From assembly GCA_964447515.1 (NCBI GenBank), contig CAYUSS010000004.1, positions 532 through 64,531 of the forward strand: a stretch of DNA of 64,000 nucleotides, written 5' to 3'. The translations under genes and the position numbers were made by a program. The stretch comes from an uncultured Candidatus Saccharibacteria bacterium. GTDB taxonomy: Bacteria > Patescibacteriota > Minisyncoccia > Minisyncoccales > GWA2-38-27. Shown here piece by piece: positions 15,482 through 24,697 of this stretch. The notes under the pieces are model-generated. The model was not told the DNA's origin. It saw only the letters and a list, made by a program, of their open reading frames with translations, and searched no databases. The stretch's first letter is position 1, and the number at the start of each line of letters is the position of its first letter.

Positions 15482-16939
15482 ATGAAAATACATTTTATTG
15501 GAATTGGGGGTATAGGTGTTTCGGCTCTTGCTCAATATTATTTGGCAAAAGGTCATAAAGTCAGTGGTTCTGATTTAGTTTCATCTGAAACTACTGATTT
15601 TTTAAAGAAAAAAGGAGCTAAGCTTTTTATTGGAAATCATCAGGGAAAAAATCTGCCAAAAGATGTTGATTTAGTAATTTATAGTCCGGCAATTTCAGAA
15701 AGTAACCCCGAACTTCTAAAAGTTCGCAAGTTACAGGTTTTGAGTTACCCCCAGGCATTAGGAAAGCTAACAAAAGAATATTTTACAATCGCTGTTTCCG
15801 GAACTCACGGAAAGAGTACCACTACTGCAATGATTTCTTTGATTTTAATAAAGGCAGGGCTTGATCCTACGGTAATTATTGGCACTAAATTGAAAGAATT
15901 TGGTCAAACTAATTTTAGAATAGGAAAGAGTAAGTATCTTGTTATTGAGGCAGATGAATGGCAGGCCTCTTTTTTGAATTATTGGCCTCAGATTATTATT
16001 TTAACCAATATTGAAAGAGAACATTTGGATTACTATAAAAATTTAAATCATATTCTGAGAACTTACCAGAAATTTATCGGTCATTTGTCTAAAGATGGAG
16101 TATTAGTAGTGAATGGAGAAGACAAAAATATCTCAAAACTCAAATCGAAGCCTACGGCTCGTCTACGACAGCAGAACTCAAAACCACAACTCAAAACTCA
16201 AAACTATAGTTTAAAGCAAAAAGAGGCGGAGAAATTAAGGAAAATTTTGAAAGTGCCAGGCGAACATAATGTTTACAATGCCTTAGCTGCTTTGAGCGCG
16301 GCTCGGGCTTTGAAAATTCCAGATAAAATTTCATTTAAAGTGCTCTCAGAATATAAAGGCGCCTGGCGACGTTTTGAAATAGAAAAAGCAGAAATTAGCA
16401 ATAAGAACCTCTCGCTTCGCTCGAGAACCTTGAATGTTTTCCTCGCTATGCTCGGAAAGCCATTGTCTAAAAAGATTACCATTATTTCTGATTATGCTCA
16501 TCATCCAACCGAGATAGAAGCTACTTTAAGAGCTGTCAGAGAGAAATTTCTTTACCCGCCCAAATTTTCTGGAAGAAAATTTAGGCGGTCAGGTAAAAAA
16601 ATTTGGTGCATTTTTCAGCCTCATCAATATCAAAGAACATTTTATCTTTTTCAGGATTTTGTTAAAGTTTTTAGAAAAAACCCAATTGACAAATTGATTA
16701 TCACTGATATTTATGATGTAGCCGGCAGAGAAAAAAAGAAAACAAAAAAGAAAGTGAGTTCAAAAAAAATGGTTGAAGCAATTGACAGACCTCAAACAAT
16801 TTTTTTATCAAAAGAAAAAATAATAAATTATTTAAAAAGAAATTTAAAAGGCAGGGAAGTGGTAATAATTATGGGAGCAGGGGATATATACAAGTTGAGC
16901 GAGCGACTAGCAAGCGAAACCGAGCGCCCAAAGCATTGA
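15482..16939 (+). CDS. murC: UDP-N-acetylmuramate--L-alanine ligase, carrying three different repeat-derived in-frame inserts
   Basis: IHFIGIGGIGVSALA, GTHGKSTTT, DYAHHPTEI. Inserts at about 16138-16208, 16403-16433 and 16564-16599. Confidence 0.9.
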   Translation: MKIHFIGIGGIGVSALAQYYLAKGHKVSGSDLVSSETTDFLKKKGAKLFIGNHQGKNLPKDVDLVIYSPAISESNPELLKVRKLQVLSYPQALGKLTKEYFTIAVSGTHGKSTTTAMISLILIKAGLDPTVIIGTKLKEFGQTNFRIGKSKYLVIEADEWQASFLNYWPQIIILTNIEREHLDYYKNLNHILRTYQKFIGHLSKDGVLVVNGEDKNISKLKSKPTARLRQQNSKPQLKTQNYSLKQKEAEKLRKILKVPGEHNVYNALAALSAARALKIPDKISFKVLSEYKGAWRRFEIEKAEISNKNLSLRSRTLNVFLAMLGKPLSKKITIISDYAHHPTEIEATLRAVREKFLYPPKFSGRKFRRSGKKIWCIFQPHQYQRTFYLFQDFVKVFRKNPIDKLIITDIYDVAGREKKKTKKKVSSKKMVEAIDRPQTIFLSKEKIINYLKRNLKGREVVIIMGAGDIYKLSERLASETERPKH

Positions 16940-17086
16940 ACGCTCGTTCCTCACTCGCTGCCGCTCGCTTGGAGTTTTCCACTTAATAACTTGACAAAAA
17001 TTAAACAAAAAAGCGATAATGAAATAAGCCCGACAGACCGGGCTAGGTCGAGAGAAATAAAATATTAATAAAATTTAAAAAAATCT

Positions 17087-17239
17087 ATGACAACAACAAT
17101 TATTTGGATAGTGGTAGCAGTTGTAGCAGTCGGAATAATAATTTATCTTCTATCCGGGAAAAAAGGCAAGAAAGGGGGTCCTACCGCGCCGCCAACACCG
17201 CCAACACCGCCAACACCGCCAGAGGGTCCAACGATGTAA
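17087..17239 (+). CDS. small membrane protein, 50 aa, TM plus (PPT)n tail
   Basis: MTTTIIWIVVAVVAVGIIIYLLSGKKGKKGGPTAPPTPPTPPTPPEGPTM, followed by a strong terminator. Preferred over track ORF 17104..17286 in another frame. Confidence 0.45.
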   Translation: MTTTIIWIVVAVVAVGIIIYLLSGKKGKKGGPTAPPTPPTPPTPPEGPTM

Positions 17240-17264
17240 CTTTTATTACAAAAGTAATTTGTTC

Positions 17265-17299
17265 TAAAAAAATGCTCGTCTTTTGACGAGCATTTTTTT
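17265..17299 (+). terminator. intrinsic terminator
   Basis: AAAAAATGCTCGTC-TTTT-GACGAGCATTTTTT. Confidence 0.7.
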
Positions 17300-17424
17300 A
17301 GATAACCTTCCTCGTAGGCTTTTACTCTGTTATCAAATACAAAAGTTTGCTATTATGAATAAAAAAGAAATTGGAAATTGGGAAATCCTAATTTCAAGTT
17401 TTAAATTTCTAATTTCAAAAACGT

Positions 17425-18552
17425 ATGACCAAAACATCAAAAACAATTATTTGGCTTATGACAGCCATTATCATCATCGGGGGAATTTGGTATGGCGTGG
17501 GTAGGAAGCCGGCGGAAAAAGAAGTGATTAAAATCGGAGCAATTTTGCCATTGAGTGGAGCCGCTACTTCTCAAGGAGAAAGCGAGAGAAAAGCCATAGA
17601 AATGGCAGTTAAGAAGAAAAACGCCCAAGGTGGAATTGATGGTAGAAAAATAGAAGTAATATTTGAGGATGACGCTACATCAAACAGTCCTTCTAATGCT
17701 ACAGGAATTATTAAGAAGCTTATTTATATTGATAAAGTACAGTTTATTATTGGACCTGGAATGAGTTCAGAAATAGAAGCTGTAGCTCCAATAGTTAATC
17801 AAAAAAATATCGTTATGATAGCTTTTGGCGCTGTAACTTCTCCATTTTCCAGGTTTGGTAGAAATGTTTTTACTTCTTCTGCCACATTTGCCTTAGAAAG
17901 TTATAAAATGGCTGAATTTATCGGGAAACAGAATTTTGGAAAGATAGCTTTCATTTCCGTAAATGCTGAAGCAGGATTAGAAATTAAGAAAGTTCTAGAG
18001 GAAGAATTACCTAAATATAATAGCGAATTGATAAGTACTGAATTAATAAATCTCGGGATGATAGATTTTAAAACTAATCTCTTGAAAATAAAAGAACAAA
18101 ATCCAGATGCCCTTTATGTCTTTCATATTCCAGCATTGCTCGGGATAATTACTAAACAGACAAAAGAATTAAGCATAGAAGTCCCTATTTTGACTTTCCA
18201 CAATATTGAGGACCCCTCAGCAAAGACTACTGGGGGAGATTCTTTAGAAGGGGTAATCTATACGTCATCCGTTAGAAGCGAAATTGGTAAAAAATTCTTC
18301 ACAGATTTTGAGCAAGAATATGGTTCTGAACCAAATATTTTTTCTGACTCAGCTTATGATGCAGTAAATCTTATTATTGAAGCAATTGAAGCTAAAGGAT
18401 TAGAGATAGATAAAATTCGAGAATATTTAGAAAATATTAAAGATTACCAAGGAGCTACCGGAATCATTAGCTTTGACGAAAATAGAGACGTTAAACAAGA
18501 TTATATAATCAAAACAGTTAAAAACGGCCAGTTTGTGCCGTATGGAGAGTAA
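17425..18552 (+). CDS. branched-chain amino acid ABC transporter substrate-binding protein (Peripla_BP_6-like)
   Basis: N-terminal anchor, then IKIGAILPLSGAATSQGE typical of LivJ/K-like binding proteins. Operon context with livHMGF. Confidence 0.8.
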   Translation: MTKTSKTIIWLMTAIIIIGGIWYGVGRKPAEKEVIKIGAILPLSGAATSQGESERKAIEMAVKKKNAQGGIDGRKIEVIFEDDATSNSPSNATGIIKKLIYIDKVQFIIGPGMSSEIEAVAPIVNQKNIVMIAFGAVTSPFSRFGRNVFTSSATFALESYKMAEFIGKQNFGKIAFISVNAEAGLEIKKVLEEELPKYNSELISTELINLGMIDFKTNLLKIKEQNPDALYVFHIPALLGIITKQTKELSIEVPILTFHNIEDPSAKTTGGDSLEGVIYTSSVRSEIGKKFFTDFEQEYGSEPNIFSDSAYDAVNLIIEAIEAKGLEIDKIREYLENIKDYQGATGIISFDENRDVKQDYIIKTVKNGQFVPYGE

Positions 18553-18601
18553 ACATTCGAATTATGATGTGAATTATATGCGAATTATAATGCGAATTTT
18601 G

Positions 18602-18627
18602 AAAAGCCCGCCTGCGGCGGGCTTTTT
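18602..18627 (+). terminator. intrinsic terminator / attenuator-like hairpin inside the liv cluster
   Basis: AAAAGCCCGCC-TGC-GGCGGGCTTTTT, preceded by four GAATTAT repeats at 18558-18598. Confidence 0.65.
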
Positions 18628-18667
18628 CGTTTGGAAGAAGGGCAAATTTATGATAATCTGAAACAAT

Positions 18668-19555
18668 ATGATAGTTACACAATTATTGATAAATGGAATT
18701 ATTGCTGGGTCAATTTATGCTTTGGTGGCAGTGGGTTTTTCGCTGATTTATGCCACAAATAGATTTGTTCATTTTGCTCATGGTGGTTTTGTTACTGTGA
18801 GCGCTTATTTAATTTATACTTTTTTTAGTCTTTGGGGATTAAACTTCTATGTTTCAGCCCTTTTAACTATCATCGTCGCTGGATTCTTAGGTTGGTTGGT
18901 TTATAAATTAGTTTACACGCCCTTAAAGAAAAGAAAGGCGTCAAATGCCGTTCTTTTGATTGCTTCAGTGGGACTTTTGATTTTATTAGAGAACTTAATG
19001 CTTTTGATTTTTGGCGCTGATGTTAAATCATTAGGATACATTAAAATCAAAAAGGGAATTGAGATTCTGGGAGGAATAATTACGCCTCTACAAATAGTAA
19101 TTGTTGTATTGGTAGTTGTTTTGCTTTTAATTCTCTGGTTTTTTATGAAAAAAACTCGTTTAGGCAAGACAATGAGAGCTGTGGCTGATAATCCTAACTT
19201 ATCTAATATTATTGGGATTAATGCTAAAAGAATCTGTTATTTAAGTTTTATTATTGGAACAGCCTTAGCTGGAATTGCTGGCATTTTAGTGGCTTTAGAA
19301 CAAAACATTGAGCCAATTATGGGAACAGGATTAATGATTAAAGGTTTTACCGGCGCAATTATTGGCGGTGTAACTTCTGTGCCAGGATCCGTTCTTGGTA
19401 GCTATCTCCTCGGATTAGTTGAAAACTTTGGCATCTGGTTTTTACCATCTGGCTACAAAGACGCTATTGCCTTTGTGCTATTGTTCATCTTTTTGCTTTT
19501 TAAACCAACCGGCATCTTAGGATTAAGAGGAAAATATAAAGAACAAAAAGTATGA
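18668..19555 (+). CDS. livH: branched-chain amino acid ABC transporter permease
   Basis: 295 aa, polytopic, LivH-like (..GKTMRAVADNP..). Confidence 0.85.
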   Translation: MIVTQLLINGIIAGSIYALVAVGFSLIYATNRFVHFAHGGFVTVSAYLIYTFFSLWGLNFYVSALLTIIVAGFLGWLVYKLVYTPLKKRKASNAVLLIASVGLLILLENLMLLIFGADVKSLGYIKIKKGIEILGGIITPLQIVIVVLVVVLLLILWFFMKKTRLGKTMRAVADNPNLSNIIGINAKRICYLSFIIGTALAGIAGILVALEQNIEPIMGTGLMIKGFTGAIIGGVTSVPGSVLGSYLLGLVENFGIWFLPSGYKDAIAFVLLFIFLLFKPTGILGLRGKYKEQKV

Positions 19556-20427
19556 TAGAAGCGTATTTCATCCATCTTTTAATAATCATTGGCATTTATA
19601 TCATCTTAGCCACCAGTTTGAATTTAGCTCTTGGTTATACTGGTTTGCTTAATTTGGGACATATTGCCTTTTTTGGCATTGGTGCTTATGTTTCAACCCT
19701 GCTGAGCGTAAATACTTCTTTGCCCTTTTTGCTGATATTTATTCTTGCCGGTTTTGTGGCTTCTATTTTTGGTTATCTTTTAATGCTGGCTACCAACAAG
19801 CTTAGGGGTGATTATTTGGCTTTGGCAACTTTGGGATTTAACTTTGTTATTTATTCTTTGTTTTTAAATTGGACATCATTGACCCGTGGTCCTTTGGGCA
19901 TTCCCGGAATTCCAAAACCATCTATCTTTGGTTTTGTATTTCAATCCAATTTGTCTTATTTAATCTTTGTAGCAGTGATTGCTTTTTTAGTGGTTGGTTT
20001 TCTTCATCTTTTACTTAAATCTTCTTATGGAAAATTATTAGAGGCAGTTAGAGATAATGAATTAGCTTGTAAAGTTTTGGGTAAGAATACTTTTAAGATG
20101 AAGTGGCAGGCAATGGCTGTTTCAGCTTTTTTCGCTGGCATTGCCGGGTCGCTCTACGCCCATTATATCACTTTTATTGACCCTTCCAGTTTTTCCCTTT
20201 ATGAAATAATTTTAATTTTAACCATTGTTTTAGTTGGCGGATTAGCAACTCTAAAGGGTTCTATTGCAGCTACTGTTATTATTTTACTTATTCCTGAAGT
20301 TCTAAGATTTTTCGCTCTGCCTTCTTCAATTCTCGGTCCTGCCCGCCAAATCATTTACGCTCTACTTTTAATCCTAATTTTAATGTATCGCCCAAGAGGA
20401 TTATTTGGTAAGGTTGACCTTGGGTGA
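19552..20427 (+). CDS. livM: branched-chain amino acid ABC transporter permease
   Basis: 291 aa, polytopic, LivM-like (..LNLGHIAFFGIGAY..). ATGA overlap with livH. Confidence 0.85.
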   Translation: MIEAYFIHLLIIIGIYIILATSLNLALGYTGLLNLGHIAFFGIGAYVSTLLSVNTSLPFLLIFILAGFVASIFGYLLMLATNKLRGDYLALATLGFNFVIYSLFLNWTSLTRGPLGIPGIPKPSIFGFVFQSNLSYLIFVAVIAFLVVGFLHLLLKSSYGKLLEAVRDNELACKVLGKNTFKMKWQAMAVSAFFAGIAGSLYAHYITFIDPSSFSLYEIILILTIVLVGGLATLKGSIAATVIILLIPEVLRFFALPSSILGPARQIIYALLLILILMYRPRGLFGKVDLG

Positions 20428-20441
20428 GGATTTTAAAAACC

Positions 20442-21518
20442 ATGAAAAAATCAATCATCATTTGGATTATTATCATAATTGTTATAATCGGAGTAATTGC
20501 TGTTGTGAATTATAAAAAACCGGTTCCGCGAGAAAAAGAAAAATTAGAAGTTGCCATTATTATTCCGCTTACCGGCCCCGCTTCTCCAACGGGTGAAGAT
20601 TTCTTAAATGGGCTGCTTTTAGCACAGGAAAAATTTAATCCCGATATAATTTTACATGTAGAGGATAGTAAATCTAATGCTAAAGATGGAATTACAGCCC
20701 TGAAAAAACTTCTAGATACAAAAGACATCGACGTGATTGTTTCTTTGCAAAGCGCGGTTGTTATCCCTCTTCTTAGTGTAGCGGAGCAATATGGGAAGCC
20801 TTTAGTCGCCACAGCAATTGCTCAGGACGAATTTGCTCAAAAAAGTAAAAATGCCTTTCGTTTATTCCCACCTGCGAGACAATACGCAGCTATGGCAGCA
20901 GAGTTTGCAGATAAGATGGGTTTCAAAAATGTTTCAATTTTGACTATTCATGATGAGTACGGAGAATCTATAAGAGAACATTTCAGGGAAAATTTTAAAG
21001 GAAACATCCCTCATGAAGAAAACTTTGAAATACCAGAACGGGATTTTAGAACTATTTTAATCAAAATTTCAGATTCTGAAGCGGTCTACTCTGTTGGTTA
21101 TAATATTCATTATGTTAGCTTATTCAGACAGCGCGAAGAATTAGGCAAAGACATTATTTTTATATCCAACCAAAACATGACGAGTAATTTTGTTAGGATA
21201 GAGGTTGGCAACTTATTAACGAATGCATATGCAACCGTGCCTGAATCAACATTAGTTAATGAAAAAACAAGAGAATTTGTGGAGGAATATAATAAAAAAT
21301 TTGTTCAGGAGCCCGACTGGGGCGCTCCCTTTGGATACGATATGTTGTTGGTGCTTGATGCTATACAAAAGAATGAAAAAAATCCCATTGATGCCCTTCA
21401 TGAAATTAAAATTGATGGTCTGAATGGGCACATCTTCTTTGATGAAGATGGTGAAGCCAATATCCCGCTTGTGATTGTTGAAGCCGAAAACGGAGTTATT
21501 AAAGAAGTCAAAGAATAA
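20442..21518 (+). CDS. second ABC substrate-binding protein (Peripla_BP_6-like)
   Basis: Anchor helix, then AIIIPLTGPASPTGE. Start at ATG 20442, with GTG 20424 as an alternative. Confidence 0.7.
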   Translation: MKKSIIIWIIIIIVIIGVIAVVNYKKPVPREKEKLEVAIIIPLTGPASPTGEDFLNGLLLAQEKFNPDIILHVEDSKSNAKDGITALKKLLDTKDIDVIVSLQSAVVIPLLSVAEQYGKPLVATAIAQDEFAQKSKNAFRLFPPARQYAAMAAEFADKMGFKNVSILTIHDEYGESIREHFRENFKGNIPHEENFEIPERDFRTILIKISDSEAVYSVGYNIHYVSLFRQREELGKDIIFISNQNMTSNFVRIEVGNLLTNAYATVPESTLVNEKTREFVEEYNKKFVQEPDWGAPFGYDMLLVLDAIQKNEKNPIDALHEIKIDGLNGHIFFDEDGEANIPLVIVEAENGVIKEVKE

Positions 21519-21519
21519 T

Positions 21520-22257
21520 ATGCTTAAAATTCAATCTATTTCTAAAAACTTTGATGGGACGCAGGCGTTGAAATCCTGTTCTTTTGAGATTCCGAAAAAC
21601 AAGATTACTGCTTTGATTGGGCCAAATGGGGCGGGGAAGACTACTCTGTTGGATATTATTTCTGGAATAGTTAAAGGGGATAATGGGAAGATAATTTTTC
21701 AGGGAAATAATCTCACTCATTTTCGGCCCTATAAGATTTCAAACCTTGGGATTAGTAGAACTTTCCAGCAGGTGGAATTGTTTAAAAACCTGACCATTCA
21801 GGACCATCTTTTAATGCCCCAGGACAATCAGGATACCAGAATGTTTTTCAATGTAGCTGGCCTAAACAGAATAGAAAAAGAAAAAATGGATAAGATTAAA
21901 AGTATTTTAGATAAATTAGAATTAGGCAAACCATTAGAAACAATTGCTACTGATTTGAGCTATGGCCAGAGGAAATTGCTGGATTTAGCCATTGCTCTGT
22001 TAAAACCCCATCAACTTTTACTGCTTGATGAACCAGTAGAAGGAGTTAGTCCTCAAATTAGAGAAAAGATTAAAGATATTTTAGAAGAATTAAAAGCCAA
22101 AGGCGAAACAATTTTAATCATTGAACATGATATCGATTTTGTTATTAAAATAGCTGATTGGATAGTAGTTTTGGACAATGGCGAAGTTCTGTGGCAAGGC
22201 CAACCAGAAGAAATAAGGCAGAGGCCTGAAATTATAGAGGCCTATTTAGGGGAATAA
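21520..22257 (+). CDS. livG: branched-chain amino acid ABC transporter ATP-binding protein
   Basis: Walker A GPNGAGKTT, signature LSYGQRKLL, Walker B LLLLDEP. Start at ATG 21520 (MLKIQSISKNF). Confidence 0.85.
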   Translation: MLKIQSISKNFDGTQALKSCSFEIPKNKITALIGPNGAGKTTLLDIISGIVKGDNGKIIFQGNNLTHFRPYKISNLGISRTFQQVELFKNLTIQDHLLMPQDNQDTRMFFNVAGLNRIEKEKMDKIKSILDKLELGKPLETIATDLSYGQRKLLDLAIALLKPHQLLLLDEPVEGVSPQIREKIKDILEELKAKGETILIIEHDIDFVIKIADWIVVLDNGEVLWQGQPEEIRQRPEIIEAYLGE

Positions 22258-22262
22258 ATACC

Positions 22263-22970
22263 ATGCTTCAAATTAAAAACCTAAATGCTGGTTACGAGGA
22301 TTTACCAGTGCTAAAAAATGTCAGCATAGAGATAAAGGCCGGAGAAATTGTGGCTTTAATGGGGCCCAACGGCGCCGGCAAATCAACTTTACTCAAATCA
22401 ATTTTTAACCTGACTAAGATTACTTCAGGAGAAATTTTATTTGAAGGCAAAAATGTTATTGGACTTAAACCCTATCAGCTTACTGGTATGGGCATTTATT
22501 ATCTTCCGCAAGGAAGAATAAATTTTACTGGCATGACAGTCCAAGAAAATTTACAAATGGGAATACTTCAGAAGGGCAGGGAAGTAATCAACAGGAATTT
22601 AAAACAGGTCTATCGGCAATTCCCTGTTTTAGAAGAAAAACAAAACAAATATGCTTATACCTTAAGCGGCGGCCAACAGCAAATGTTGGCTTTGGCCAGA
22701 GTTTTAATGCAAAACCCAGAGTTATTATTACTTGATGAACCATCTTTAGGATTAGCGCCAAAACTGGTAAAAGAAACTTTTGCCAGAATTAAAGAACTAA
22801 ATCAGAAATTCAATATCACTATTTTAGTTGTAGAACACAATATTAAAAGCGTTTTAGACATTTGCAATCGCGGTTATTTAATGAGAGGAGGCGAAATTAT
22901 TATTTCTAACACTGCTCAAAAACTAAAAAGTCCAGAAATTATGGACAAAGTATTTTTCGGCGAGGAATAA
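22263..22970 (+). CDS. livF: branched-chain amino acid ABC transporter ATP-binding protein
   Basis: GPNGAGKST, LSGGQQQML, LLLLDEPS. Confidence 0.85.
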   Translation: MLQIKNLNAGYEDLPVLKNVSIEIKAGEIVALMGPNGAGKSTLLKSIFNLTKITSGEILFEGKNVIGLKPYQLTGMGIYYLPQGRINFTGMTVQENLQMGILQKGREVINRNLKQVYRQFPVLEEKQNKYAYTLSGGQQQMLALARVLMQNPELLLLDEPSLGLAPKLVKETFARIKELNQKFNITILVVEHNIKSVLDICNRGYLMRGGEIIISNTAQKLKSPEIMDKVFFGEE

Positions 22971-23252
22971 TTATAAAAAAATAAAAAATGGAGCCCAAAA
23001 CAAAAAAACCAATAATCGCTGGGCTTTTTTGTTTTTAGTTTATATTAATAGTCGTACATTCTATTTGTAATAGTGAGTGCTATTTTTTGTTATTTTATCA
23101 AAAGATAAACTTTTGTCAAAAAACAGAAAAAATACCAGTTTTGCTATTTTCAAATTAAGAAAAGTTTTCTATAATTACAAGTGAGGGAGAAATGCAAAAA
23201 TTTATTTTTGGATTTCAACCGAACGTAGTAATTATGCAAATAATTTGCCATA

Positions 23253-24647
23253 ATGAAAACAATGAAAAGAGTTCTTAATATAGAAACAATTGAATATCTT
23301 AGCAAACAGATTAAAGTTTGTGGATGGGTCCATTCAATAAGGTCGCATGGGAAGATTATTTTTATTGACCTTCGGGACAGGAGCGGGATTGTTCAGCTGA
23401 TTTGTAGATCGGATATTGCTAAAGAAATTCGGCCAGAGTGGGTGCTTGAAGCGCTCGGAAAGGTTTCAAAACGGCCTTCCAAAATGATAAATCCAAAAAT
23501 CAAAACAGGCAAAATAGAGATAATGGTTGAGGAGATAAAAATATTATCTAAGGCAAAGACCTTACCTTTTTCTGTTGAGGATGATGGATACCGGATAAAT
23601 GAAGAAAAAAGAATGAAATACCGCTATTTGGATTTGAGAAGAGAAAGGATGAAAAAGAATTTAATGATGCGTCAAAGGGTTATTCAATTTATCAGGGACT
23701 TTCTTCAAAAAGAGGATTTTATTGAAGTAGAGACCCCAATTTTGACTAAATCAACTCCAGAAGGTGCCAGAGACTTTATAGTCCCTTCAAGATTAGAGCC
23801 GGGAAAATTCTATGCTTTGCCTCAATCGCCCCAACAATACAAACAACTTTTACAAGTAGCCGGTATTGAAAAATATTTTCAGATTGCTCGTTGCTTTAGA
23901 GACGAAGACCTTCGAGCTGATAGACAGGCCGAATTTACTCAATTGGACTTGGAAATGTCTTTTATGGGCCAAAAGGAAATTTTAGATTTGACGGAACGAC
24001 TTCATATAGCTCTGGTTAAGAAATTATTTCCTGAAAAGAAAATTCAAAAAATTCCTTTCCCCAGAATTTCCTATGCCAGAGCAATGGAAAAATATAAAAT
24101 TGATAAACCAGATTTAAGAAAAAGTAAAGATAATCCTGATGAATTAGCTTTTGCTTTTATTGTTGACTTTCCAATGTTTGAATGGAAGGGGGGGGAAAAG
24201 AGATGGGATGCTGTTCACCATCCATTTACTCGGCCCCAAGTTGACGACATAAATAAGATCAAAAAAAATCCCGAGAAAATTTTGGCTCACCAATATGATT
24301 TTGTTTTAAATGGCTCTGAAATTGGCGGAGGGAGTTTGAGGTCCTACAAACCAGAGATTTTGGAGGCGGTATTTGAGGTTATGGGTCATAAAAAAGCAGA
24401 AATTCACCAGAAATTTGGTCATTTATTAGAGGCGTTTGAATATGGTGTTCCGCCTCACGGCGGGATTGCTTCAGGACTTGATAGATTTTTAGCTATTTTA
24501 TTTAATGAGCCGAATGTCAGAGAGGTTATTGCTTTTCCCAAGACCGGGGACAGTAGGGATTTAATGATGGGAGCGCCGGCTGAAGTATCAGAAGAGCAGC
24601 TAAAAGAATTGAATATAAAAATAATAAAAAAGAAAAAATCAATATAA
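23253..24647 (+). CDS. aspS: aspartate--tRNA ligase, short form without the bacterial GAD insertion domain
   Basis: OB anticodon-binding N-terminus. Class II motifs FRDEDLRADRQ.EFTQLD, GGGSLR and GLDRF. DKPDLR is followed directly by the motif-2-distal core (464 aa total). Confidence 0.85.
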   Translation: MKTMKRVLNIETIEYLSKQIKVCGWVHSIRSHGKIIFIDLRDRSGIVQLICRSDIAKEIRPEWVLEALGKVSKRPSKMINPKIKTGKIEIMVEEIKILSKAKTLPFSVEDDGYRINEEKRMKYRYLDLRRERMKKNLMMRQRVIQFIRDFLQKEDFIEVETPILTKSTPEGARDFIVPSRLEPGKFYALPQSPQQYKQLLQVAGIEKYFQIARCFRDEDLRADRQAEFTQLDLEMSFMGQKEILDLTERLHIALVKKLFPEKKIQKIPFPRISYARAMEKYKIDKPDLRKSKDNPDELAFAFIVDFPMFEWKGGEKRWDAVHHPFTRPQVDDINKIKKNPEKILAHQYDFVLNGSEIGGGSLRSYKPEILEAVFEVMGHKKAEIHQKFGHLLEAFEYGVPPHGGIASGLDRFLAILFNEPNVREVIAFPKTGDSRDLMMGAPAEVSEEQLKELNIKIIKKKKSI

Positions 24648-24697
24648 TATCAACGAGTCTATCAACGAGGCCCGTCCTCGTTGATAAATAATGATAA

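Noticed and set aside
17104-17504. Track ORFs 17104..17286 and 17283..17504.
   Set aside because: The first is an alternative frame of the better-supported 50-aa TM/(PPT)n ORF at 17087..17239. The second spans a terminator and the liv promoter/repeat region.
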